From positions 71,198,937-71,256,987 of the forward strand of contig NC_133617.1 of assembly GCF_048593235.1 (NCBI RefSeq): DNA of 58,051 bases, read 5' to 3'. Both the position numbers and the translations under genes were made by a program. How positions within the stretch are numbered: the stretch's first letter is position 1; each line of letters opens with the position of its first letter. This DNA comes from Sminthopsis crassicaudata (lineage: Eukaryota). The notes beneath the pieces are model-generated. The model saw nothing but the letters and a program-made list of their open reading frames with translations. It was not told where the DNA came from and searched no databases. This document shows, piece by piece, positions 1-10,794 of the stretch.

Positions 1-603
1 TGACTTAGCACCTTGTAAGAATCCTAACAATCAGGAATGCTTGAAGCCCTTTATTTCATTAAAAATGAAATATGCACCAGGATTATATTCAGGGTTTCTT
101 GCTTGGAAACTCAAAATCACTTACTTTTCAGAATATCATATTCTAAGCTTCATAATGGTGGATGCTTCTCAATAGGTAGGAGAAGAGGCAAAGAGAAAGG
201 GAGAATTTGAACCTGAAAATAAAATAAAATTGACTTTTTTAAGAAGCAAAGTTAGGAGAAACATTAAAAGTAAACATAAATTAATAATAATAAAGGACTA
301 AACAAGAATAAACTTCCAACATGAAGAAATGATACCTATGGCCCTTCTAAACCCTACCATCATCAGAAGTCATAGGAAGGATCTAGACAAGGTCTGAGAG
401 TAATTCTGTTATTTTTTGTGGACCCTAAGAGAAGAATGAAAAGAAAGAGGATAAGGACTATATTGGAGAAGGGGAGAAAGTTCAGGGGAAATTATCTTAT
501 AATCAAAGTGTGAAAGACAGCTAAACAAATTAGGAGGAGGGTGATGGAAGAGCAAACATTTGAACCTCACTCTCATTTGAACTGGTTAAAGAACAGAACA
601 CAC

Positions 604-1144
604 TCTGTAAGAAATGACCAGCAGGATGATTTCAGAAAGGCCAGGAGAGACTTGCATGAACTGATGTATAATGAAATGAGCAGGACCAGGAGATCATTAT
701 ATACTTCAACAGCAATACTGTATGATGATCAATTCTGATGGACGTGGCCCTCTTCAACAATGAGATGAACCAAATCAGTTCCAATAGAGCAGTAATGCAC
801 TGAACCAGCTACACTCAAGGAAAGATGATTATGAACCACTACATTGAATTCCCAATCCCTCTATTTTTGTCCACTTGCATTTTTTATTTCCTTCTCAGGT
901 TAATTTTACATTATTTCAAAGTCCTATTCTTCTTGTGCACTAAAATAACTCTTTGGACATGTATACATATATTGTATTTAACATATACTTTAACATATTT
1001 AACATGTACTGGTCTACCTGGCATGTGGGGGAGGGGTGGGGGGAAGGAAGGGAAAATTTGGAACAAAAGGTTTGGCAATTGTCAATGCTGAAAAATTACC
1101 CATGCATATATCTTGTAAATAAAAAGCTATAATAATAATTTTAA
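604..1144 (+). mobile_element. 5'-truncated LINE-1 (ORF2 tail + 3' UTR + A-rich tail)
   Basis: Translates to an L1 ORF2 C-terminus (SVRNDQQDDFRKARRDLHELM). Flanked by a 16-bp target-site duplication AAAGAACAGAACACAC at 588-603 and 1145-1160. Confidence 0.9.
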
Positions 1145-1244
1145 AAAGAACAGAACACACACACACAGATTCAGGTATAGAAATACATTTCACTCAATAG
1201 GGAAATAGGGGAATGAGCAGGAGGTGAAACTGCAGGATTAGTCT

Positions 1245-1688
1245 TGTAATGTTCTGGTTAGCTTTCTGGAGGTCTCTGAATCAGCCTTCATTTCAGCAGA
1301 GTACTCACCATGAGAATAGCCAGGGATAAAGTCCAAATTCTTTATTATCTTCTTCACAGTTTGTCTCCTTGCCTGGGGCTCAGCTAACTTTTTGGAGGAT
1401 CTTCAGACGGGTCTTGGTCTCAGTGGAGAAGTGAAGGAGGACAAGCCAGCCACCATGAGGCTGATGAAGATGGAATGTCTCTCGTCCAGTCCTTGTTGGC
1501 TCTTATATACTCTATTATAATAAATCATCTCAGATGTCAATCTTGTAGAATAGGTGTCAATCTTGTACTAAGTACATGTAAAACTAGATAACCATTGATT
1601 TATCAAATTCCACTGAGTTAACATCTTGTTGTAGGACTAAATCATACTAAGCCTTAAGTATATTTCTCCAAAGTTCCTGCCCTTTACA
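1245..1688 (-). mobile_element. Solo LTR (ERV-derived)
   Basis: TGTAA...TTACA inverted termini. TTAGTC lies on both sides (1238-1243, with one extra T, and 1689-1694). On the minus strand a TATA-like TATATAAG (~1502-1509) precedes AATAAA (~1342-1347), as expected for U3-R-U5. Confidence 0.75.
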
Positions 1689-2100
1689 TTAGTCCTAACC
1701 AAAACAAATTCTAAGGATATACAAAAATATTTATAACTTTGGAGATGGCAAAGAATGAGAATCTGAGGGAGCACTCATAAATTGGGGAATAGATGAATTA
1801 TGCTGTGTAAATGTGAAAGAATACTATTTTGTGGTACAAAATGATGAAAAGTGCCATTTCAGAGAAACCCTGGAAGACTCGTGTGAATGAATGCGAGTAA
1901 AATGAACAGAACTAGAACAATTTATACAGTGGCAAAGTATGGTAAAAACAAATAATTTTGAAAGAAGTAGAAATCGTATCAGTGTAATGACCAACCACAA
2001 TTCCAGAATACTAATGATGATAGAGAGGTGAAGAATTCAAATGGCAGAGTGAGACTTTTTATTGGGTGGGGTGGGGGGGACAGGAGCAATGTAGAAATTT

Positions 2101-2272
2101 GTTTTTGTTTTTTTTTTTCTGATTTTTTTTTTCCTTTTTCTGAGGCTGGGGTTAAGTGGCTTGCCCAGGGTCACACAGTTAGGAAGTGTTAAGTGTCTGA
2201 GATCAGATTTGAACTCGGGTCCTCCTGAATTCAAGGCTGGTGCTCTATCCACTACACCACCTAGCTGCCCCT
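2101..2272 (-). mobile_element. tRNA-derived marsupial SINE (WSINE1-like)
   Basis: Minus strand reads GGGGCAGCTAGGTGGTGTAGTGGATAGAGCACC...GAGTTCAAATC (A and B boxes)...GTGACCCTGGGCAAGCCACTTAACC plus an A tail. 14-bp TSD CAATGTAGAAATTT at 2087-2100 and 2273-2286. Confidence 0.9.
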
Positions 2273-2399
2273 CAATGTAGAAATTTATAATGGAATTTTG
2301 TTTTCCTTTTTATTCTTAATTGGGGGTTTAGTATTTGGTTTAGGAGGATAAGAAGAATTTTTGCTGATTAAAAAAAATTTTAAGCAATAAATTCATTCT

Positions 2400-2900
2400 G
2401 AATTCTGGATAAGACCATTTGGTCTTTCCTGCATTTTTTTTTGGTCACCAAACTGTTTTAGTGATTACAGATCCCTTCCAAGAGGCTCTTCAGTTTTCCA
2501 GGGCTTGATGCAATAAGTACAATGCCATCCACTAGGAGGAGGATCAGGACGACCTCCCAAATCACTGGGAACCTTTTCAGTTTGGATGATGCACTATATC
2601 TCCTCCATCACAGTAGCCAATGCCTTTGTGAGCATAAGCACATCTCCTAACTTTATTCCTCCCCTAGTTTTTGGGATCAGAAGATCATTGACCTTTCAAG
2701 GAATTTTGGATGATTTTAACAAATAGATGAGAGATGCTTTGCTCTAAAAGGGGCTGACAAGATTCATTTTCCTCTACTAAATAAATTTGTTTTATAACCA
2801 GTAAACAATAAGGAAAAAGCACAGGGACATCTTAAGATTCTCTACCTCTAGCAGATGATTGTGAAATGTTACATGGAAAGTCTATTGTTGAGTATTGCTT
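2400..2900 (-). mobile_element. Decayed RTE-clade LINE reverse-transcriptase fragment
   Basis: Minus-strand translation LLVDGIVLIASSPGKLKSLLEGICNH* resembles the RTE RT motif LFADDIVLIASSP. Boundaries approximate. Confidence 0.6.
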
Positions 2901-3095
2901 GAGAAAGTCTTCTTGTTTCCTACTTGTACCCCCATTAAGGAGGCTTTTGATTCATATTTAGATGGTTGTTATAAAGATTTTGTCTCAATGGAAAACCAGG
3001 GACCTAGGTGACATAGTTTACTCACTTGTGTGTGTGTGTGTATAAGATCTTAATTTTGGGGGGGGGGGTATTTTTCCCTACTTAATTCTCCAATT

Positions 3096-4120
3096 GCTAA
3101 ATGGCCAAAGGATATGAACAATTTTCAGATGATGAAATTGAAACTATATCCACTCATATGAAAGAGTGTTCCATATCACTATTGATCAGAGAAATGCAAA
3201 TTAAGACAACTCTGAGATACCACTACACACCTGTCAGATTGGCTAAGATGACAGGAACAAATAATGATGAATGTTGGAGGGGATGTGGGAAAACTGGGAC
3301 ACTGATGCATTGTTGGTGGAGCTGTGAAAGAATCCAACCATTCTGGAGAGCAATCTGGAATTATGCCCAAAAAGTTATCAAAATGTGCATACCCTTTGAC
3401 CCAGCAGTGCTACTACTGGGCTTGTATTGCAAAGAAATATTAAAGATGAGAAAGGGATCTGTATGTGCCAAAATGTTTGTGGCAGCTCTTTTTGTAGTGA
3501 CTACAAACTGGAAAATGAATGGATGCCCATCAATTGGAGAATGGTTGGGTAAATTATGGTATATGAATGTTATGGAATATTATTGCTCTGTAAGAAATGA
3601 CCAGCAGGATGAATACAGAGAGGCTTGGAGAGACTTACATCAACTGATGCTGAGTGAAACGAGCAGAACCAGGAGATCATTATGTAGTTCAACAATGATA
3701 CTGTATGAGGATGTATTCTAATTGAAGTGGATATAGAGAACATAGAGAAGATCCAATTCAGTTCCAGTTGATCAGTGATGAACAGAAACAGTTACACGCA
3801 GAGAAGGAACACTGGGAAAGGAGTGTAAAATGTTTGCACTATTGTCATTCTACCCAGGTTACTTTTACCTTCAGAATCCAATTCTTACCGTGCAACAAGA
3901 AATTTGGTTTTACACACATATATTGTATCTAGGATATACTGTAACACATTTATTATATATGGAATTGCCTGTCATCTAGGGGAGGGAATAAAGGGAGGGA
4001 GGGGAAAATTTGGAAAAGTGAATACAAGGGATAATGTTGTAAAAAAAAATTACCCATGCATATGTAATGTCAAAAAAATTATAATTATAAAATTAATAAA
4101 GAAAAAAAGTAAATGCTGAG
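3096..4120 (+). mobile_element. 5'-truncated LINE-1 with intact ORF2 C-terminal segment
   Basis: ORF 3101-3721 matches L1 ORF2 C-terminus (IREMQIKTTLRYHYTPVR, CWRGCGKTGTLMHCWWSC, YCSVRNDQQD), followed by 3' UTR, G-rich tract and A tail. No TSD found. Confidence 0.92.
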
Positions 4121-4399
4121 AAAAGGTTTGAACTAAAAAAAAAAAATGCTATCAGAATCTTTTCTTAAAATAAAGGACAGGAAAACGAACTGTCACAATT
4201 TCTGTTTCTGACATAAATCTCATTCTTCTCCTATGGACTCCCAAATAATCAATCAAAAAGAATTTTATAAAGTGCCTCTTATGTGCCAAATACTGGGCTA
4301 ATTGCTCTGAATTCAAAAATAAAAGTAAAGCAGTGTCTATCCTTGAAATGTTTTTAAAACAGTTCTTTTGACTTTTATATCACCTAAATTTCTTTCTGT

Positions 4400-5235
4400 A
4401 GAAAAGGACCCACATGTGCAAAAATGTTTTTGTAGTGGCAAGAAACTGGAAACTGAGTGGATGCCCTTTAATTGGAGAAAGGTTGAATAAATTGTGGTAT
4501 ATGAATATTATGGAAAATTATTTTTCTGTAAGAAATGACCAGCAGGATGTTTTCAAAAAGGCCTGGAAAGACTTACATGAACTGATGCTGAGTAAAATGA
4601 GCAGCACCAGGAGATCATTATATACTTCAACAACAATACTATAGATGATCAATTCTGATGGACGTGGCCCTCTTCAACAATGAGATGAACCAAATCAGTT
4701 CCAATAGAACAGTAATGAATTGAACCAGCTACACCCAGAGAAAGAACTCTGGGAAATGAATATGAAAGGATCAGCAGGATGATTTAAGAAAGACCTGGAG
4801 GTGAAGTGAGCAGAACCAGGAGAACATTGTACTCAGCAACAACAAATTATGGGATGATCAACTGTGAAATTGTGGCTTTTTTCAACAACAATGATTAAAA
4901 GGTCTTGTGATGGAAAGAGCCATCTGCATCCAGAGAGAGAACTGTGAGGACTGAATATGGATCACAACTTAGAATTCTCACTCTTTTTGTTGTTTACTTG
5001 CATTTTGTTTTCCTCATTTTTTTCCTTTTTGATCTGATTTGTCTTGTACAGCATGATATGGAATGTGGAACTATGAATAAAAGAATTGCACATGTTTATC
5101 ATAGATTACTTGCTGTCTAGGGGAGAGGGTGGGGAAAAGGGAGGGGAAAAAATTGAAACACAAGTTTTGTAATGATGAATGTTAAAAGTTATCTAGGGAT
5201 GTATTTTGAAAATAAAAAAGCTATAATAAAGTAAA
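4400..5235 (+). mobile_element. Composite LINE-1 3' end (two subfamily-type segments joined near 4770)
   Basis: ORF2 tail and start of one 3' UTR type (4400-4770), then a restart at GATCAGCAGGATGAT with a second 3' UTR type like that at 7780-8086. Confidence 0.75.
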
Positions 5236-5404
5236 AAAAATTTCTCCCTGTATGCTTTCCTCTCTACCCCTTATAACAATAAATTTTTTAAAAATTTAAA
5301 GAAAGGAGGAAAGAAAAGGAAAATAAGCAAACTGATCAAACATTGGAAAAATCTGACTATTCAATTTTCCATACTTGTGAACCCCATTCATATCTCTGAA
5401 AAAT

Positions 5405-5850
5405 AGGGACAGAGAAAAACCTGGAAAGACTAAAATGAACTGAAGCAAAGTCAAATGAGCAGAACCAGAACACTGTACACAGTAACAACAAAATTGTACA
5501 ATGAAAAACTGAATAACTTAGTTATTTTCAGCAATATAATGATTCAAGATTATTTCAAAGGGCTCATGATCAAACATGCTATCCACCTCCAAAGAAAGAA
5601 CTGATATTATCTGAATACACATTGAAGCCTACTATTCTCTTTGAAGTTTTCTTGTACAAAATGTCTAATATGTAAATATTTTATATAATTGCACATGTAT
5701 AACCTATACCAGATTGCTTACTGTCTCAGGAAAGGGCAGGGGAAGAAGAGAGGGATAGAATTTGGAACTGAAAACTTTTTAAAATGTTAAAAAATTGCTT
5801 AACATCTAATTATAGAAAAAATTAGTATTTTAAAAAAGGAAAAAAGTATA
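5405..5850 (+). mobile_element. Older LINE-1 3' end fragment
   Basis: Degenerate AAATGAGCAGAACCAG...CTATCCACCTCCAAAGAAAGAACTG...G-rich tract and A-rich tail. Boundaries approximate. Confidence 0.65.
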
Positions 5851-6049
5851 CCTTGTACACAGACAGATATAACTCATGCATATTGGTTGAAGAGACTAAA
5901 ATACCTCCAAGGTTAAAATGGAAGGAGTCATGAAAATTTTAGAGCAAAATACGAAAATCAATATTTTCCTACTTAAAAAAAAGTAACAAGACATAAAATA
6001 ATAATGGTGAAAGGAACTCTGAAATGAAAATCTGGATTCAAATTCCTAA

Positions 6050-8990
6050 CTCTGTCAATGCAACTCTGCTCCCAAAACAGTTCCTTTCAATCTCCTTCTT
6101 CCACTTACTCCAGGGTCTTGTTCAGCATTGCTGTTCCTTGACTAAATTCCCATGCCTGATCCTGTGAATCAGACTTCCAGGGCTTTCACAAAATGCCTGG
6201 AAGCTAAAACTATGAAAGGGACTTCAAATATCCAAGTCATTCTTCAATAGTTCTCTATCCAACTACTGCTATTTTGCCTGGACTTACTTCTCTCACTGAT
6301 TGGCTCTCTCTCCCACCTCCGATATACTTCCTGTCTCAGTGATTCTGAACCCAATGCAGATGAACAAACTCCAATCAATTTAACTCTATATCATCTTGAA
6401 TCTTTTATTCCCTTATCCTACAAGTAGTTGTCTAACCCCAACCCTACATTACCTCTCCATATACCTCATTCAGATATTGATTTCCTCCAGGAAATCACAA
6501 AACCATACTGATATATTCCCCTACAAATTTTTTATTGTCTTAGCTATAAATTTGCTATCTAATCTCAACTGGATCCTCACTACATCATGGAAATTACCTT
6601 AAACTTCACTTACAGATTCACTATCCAACTCTCCAGAATGGCTGTTGAAAAATATTTTCTCTCCTCAAACCCATAACATTCTATCCTTTCTGCTAATAAC
6701 CTCAACTCAAGCTTCATGGAAAAAATTTGAGGCCATTTGTCAAGTTTCCTCTTCTCTCTTGTCTCCTCCCTTTAATATCACTCATATCTTTCCTCACTCG
6801 ATCTTCCATTCCAGTCTCAGATGACCAGATGGTCTTTCTCCTTGATCACATTTATTTTTCCCCAAAAGGATTCTCCTACCACTATAATCCCCACTCTCTT
6901 ATCTTCAATCTCTCCCTCTCTACTTGCTTCTTCCCTGCTCCTATCAACATATCTCTTTCTTTCTCATTCTTAAAGAATTCTCTTTCACTTGATCCTATTC
7001 TCCCCCAAAAGCTATTGTGCCCATCCAAGGGTTCTGATAAAGGCCTCATTTCTAAAATATATAGAGAATTTACTCAAATTTATAAGAATAAAAGGCATCT
7101 CTAACTGATAAATGGTCACAGGATATGAACAATTTTCAAATGAAATTAAAACCATTTCTACTCATATACTCATAAATCACTATTGATCAGAGAAATGCAA
7201 ATTAAGACAACTCTGAGGTACTACTACATACTTCTCAGATTGTCTAAGATGATAGAAAAAGATAATAATGAATGTTGAAGGAGATGTGGGAAAAATGGGA
7301 TACTAATACATTGTTGGTGGAGTTGTAAACTGATCTAACCATTCTGGAGAGCAGTATGGAACTAAGACCAAAGGGCTATTAAATTGTGCAAACTCTTTGA
7401 TCCAGCAGTGTTTCTACTGGGATTATATCCCAAAGATACCATAAAAAAGGGAAAAGGAACCACATGTGCAAAAATGTTTATGGCAGTCCTCTTTATAGTG
7501 GCAAGAAACTGGAAACTGAATAGGTGCCCATCAGTTGGAGAATGGCTGAATAAATTGTGGTATATGAATGTTATGGAATATTATTGTTCTGTAAGAAATG
7601 ACCAACAGGATGATTTCAGAGAGGCCTGGAGAGACTTACATGAACTGATGCTGAGTGAAATGAGCAGAACCAGGAGATCATTGTACACGGCAACAAGAAG
7701 ACTATACGATGATCAATTCTGATGGACATGGCTCTTCTCAACAATGAGATGATTCAAGCCAGTTCCAATGGTCTTGTGATGGAGAAAGCCATATGTACTC
7801 AGAGACTTAGTATTCATCACAGAATAGAATTTTCACCTTTTTTTGTTGTGATTTGCTTGATTTGTTGTTTTCTTTCTCATTTCTTTTTTGATCTGATTTT
7901 TCTTATGCAGCATAATAAATGTGGAAATATGTATAGAAGAATAGCACATGTTTAACATATATTGGATTACTTGCCATCTAAGGAAGAGGGTGGGAGGAAT
8001 GGAGGAAGAAAAACATTTGGAATCAAGGTTTTGCAAGAGTGAATGTTGAAAATTACCTATGCATATAGCTTTAAAAAAAAAAAAAAAAAAGCTATTGTAT
8101 CCTATTCTCTTCTTATTCTTAGCTAAACTTGTTAAGAAAGTCAGCTCCACTAAGACACTATTTTCCTCTGTTCTATACCTTCAACAATCTAGCTTCCAAC
8201 CTTATCATTCAGCTCAAATTGTCTTCTCCAGTCACCATGATCTAACTGTCAAATCTACTGACCTTTTCTCATTCTTTATTATTTTTGAGTTCTCTGAAAA
8301 TTTTTGACATTGTAAAACACCCTGTTCTCCTGGATATTATCTTCTCTCTAGTTTTGGGGGACATTGGTCTCATTGATATTCTTCTTACCTGTTTGACCTT
8401 TCCCTCGGTCTCTTTTGCCTTTTCATTTATGTCACACCCACTGTGGATGTTCTTCAAGGTTTTGTCATAGGCCCTTTTCTCTTTTCACTCTCTACAAACT
8501 CATCTGATGATCTCATCAGTTTCCATGGGTTCAATTCCTATCTTTATGCAGATGAGTCCCATAGCTATTTCTCAGTCTCAGTCTGTCCTGAGCTATAATT
8601 AAAAAAAAAATCAACTATTTTTTGGACATACAGAATGGAATGTACCATATGTATCTCAAACTTAACTGGAATACAGAACTCATTATCCTTGACTCCCAAA
8701 ACAATCCACTTCCCAACTTTCCTAAGACCACTGAGAGCAGCACCAAACCAGCTCCTTATGCTAGATCTATATAACATAAGGGTAGTCTTCAACTCCCCAC
8801 TCCTGCTCTCCTTTCAAAACCAATCTATTGCAAAATCTTATTCTTTTTACATTTCCATCTTTCATACATTTCCAATTCTATCAGGCTAGTTCAGATCCTT
8901 ATCACCTTTTACCTGGAGAATTACAATCATCTACTGATGGATTTCCCTACCTTTAGTCTCTTTCCACTTTGCCTAATCCATCCTCCAATC
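6050..8990 (+). mobile_element. Ancient LINE-2 relic interrupted by a younger L1
   Basis: C/T-rich decayed L2-like sequence on both sides of the L1 at 7019-8086 (e.g. ...TCTCAAACTTAACTGGAATACAGAACTCATTATC...). Boundaries approximate. Confidence 0.6.
7019..8086 (+). mobile_element. 5'-truncated LINE-1 inserted in L2
   Basis: ORF2 tail (ORF 7384-7722), 3' UTR and poly(A). 12-bp TSD AAAAGCTATTGT at 7007-7018 and 8087-8098. Confidence 0.9.
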
Positions 8991-9568
8991 AATCAATACT
9001 TAATGAGCACCTACTTTGCCCCAGACATTGCAGATACAAGTATAAAGAAACAATTCTTATTCACAAGAAGTTTAAATTCTAAGTAGGGAAAATAAGTACA
9101 GGTATAAATATGTAAAGTATAAACATAAAGTGAATAAATAGAAATATATGCAAAGTATATCATCTGTGCAAATATATTTAAAATATATAAAGTGAATAAA
9201 TACACATTTGTGCAAAGTAGCTAAATACAAGATAGTTTGAAAAGATGTACACTAATAGTTGGAAAAATGAGGAACTCTTTTTGTAGGAGCTAGTGCTTGA
9301 ACTGTGTCCAAAGAAAGGAACTCTATGATGTGCAAGGTAGGAAATAGTGCATTCCTGAGAGAGAGCTGGAAGATGTAGTTATGTGTAGAGAAGAGAGAAG
9401 GCCAATTTCCCAGAATTCATTAGCTCAAGACTGATGAATAGGGACTCTGAAAAACTAAATTGGAGCCAGATTTATGGGTATTTAAAGATAAAGAAGGGTT
9501 AAATTTTATCCTGGAGATAAAATTGGGGAATCGGATGGTAATAGCTATGCTTAAGAACAATTAGCTTT

Positions 9569-10125
9569 ATTAATGTTCTGTAAGAAATGACCAGCAGGAT
9601 GATTTCAGAAAGGCCCGGAGAGACTTACATGAACTGATGCTGAATGAAATGAGCAGAACCAGGAGATCATTATACACAGCAACAACAAGACTATATGATG
9701 ATCAATTCTGATGGACGTGGCCATCTTCAACAATGAGATGAACAAATCAGTTCCAATAGAGCAGTAATGAACTGAACCAGCTACACCCAGTCAAAGAACT
9801 CTGGGAGATGACTATGAACCACTACATAGAATTCCCAATCCCTCTATTTTTGTCCACCTGCATTTCTGATTTCTTTCATAGGCTAATTGTACTATATTTC
9901 AAAGTCCAATTCTTTTTATACAGCAAAATAACTGTTTGGACATATATACATATATTGTATTTAATTAATACTTTAACATATTTAACATCCTGCCATCTGG
10001 GAAAGAGATGGGAGGAAAGAGGGGAAAAATTGGAACAAAAGGTTTGGCAATTGTCAATGCTGAAAAATTGTCCATGCATATATCTTGTAAATAAAAAGCT
10101 ATAATAATAATAAAAAAAAAAAAAC
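9569..10125 (+). mobile_element. 5'-truncated LINE-1, same 3' UTR type as 604-1144
   Basis: Highly similar to 604-1144. 13-bp TSD AACAATTAGCTTT at 9556-9568 and 10126-10138. Confidence 0.9.
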
Positions 10126-10686
10126 AACAATTAGCTTTGTGGCAGTATGCAGTGTGGATTAGAGAAATGAGATTCCAATTAAGAAGCTGTTGCAATAATC
10201 TAGGTGGGAGGTATTGAAGAAGTGGTGGCCAAGTAATTGGTGAGATTTTGGCAATTTTCCCATAGCATACATTGGATGATTTAATCAATTCCAATCTGTT
10301 TCCCTGGAATTAAATATGAAATCCTCTGTAAAGTATTGAAGGTTCTTCATATGCTGACCTATTCCTAGCTTTCCAAGTTGCTTACATTTAAGCCTTCTTC
10401 TTCACGTATTTTAGGACTTCCTTGCTATTCCTTACAGGACACCCCTTTGCAATGCTGTCTCCCACACCTGGAATACTCATCAGTCAGCAAGATTAGAGTT
10501 CAAATCTAACCTCAGATCATTCATGGGGGATAGCCTGGAAGGGCCGCTTAAAGAGTAGAGGCTCCATTAAGGTTTTAGAGAGTTATGACTTCTCAGGCTG
10601 TTAACTGGGTTTAAGTACCCTTCCCTACCATTCATCCACCTCCTGAATCCGGACAAAAACAGATACTTCACTTCTATTCCTGAGAT

Positions 10687-10692
10687 TTTATT
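10687..10692 (-). terminator. RNASEH2A polyadenylation signal AATAAA
   Basis: Plus-strand TTTATT about 100 nt past the RNASEH2A stop. Confidence 0.7.
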
Positions 10693-10794
10693 ACAAATTA
10701 ATATCAAGGAGAAAGGAAAAAGACACAAAGTAACAGTCCTTCCCCATCCCTGCCAGATGCTGCCACTCCCCTCCACCACTTTCTTCAACAATTT

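Noticed and set aside
3101-3721. 206-aa ATG-initiated ORF as a domesticated gene
   Set aside because: It is the L1 ORF2 C-terminus followed by an L1 3' UTR and A tail; a young insertion explains it.
1-10600. Expected neighbour RTBDN or any other gene in the first 10.6 kb
   Set aside because: No retbindin-like Cys-rich exons seen; all ORFs here derive from L1, L2, RTE or low-complexity sequence.
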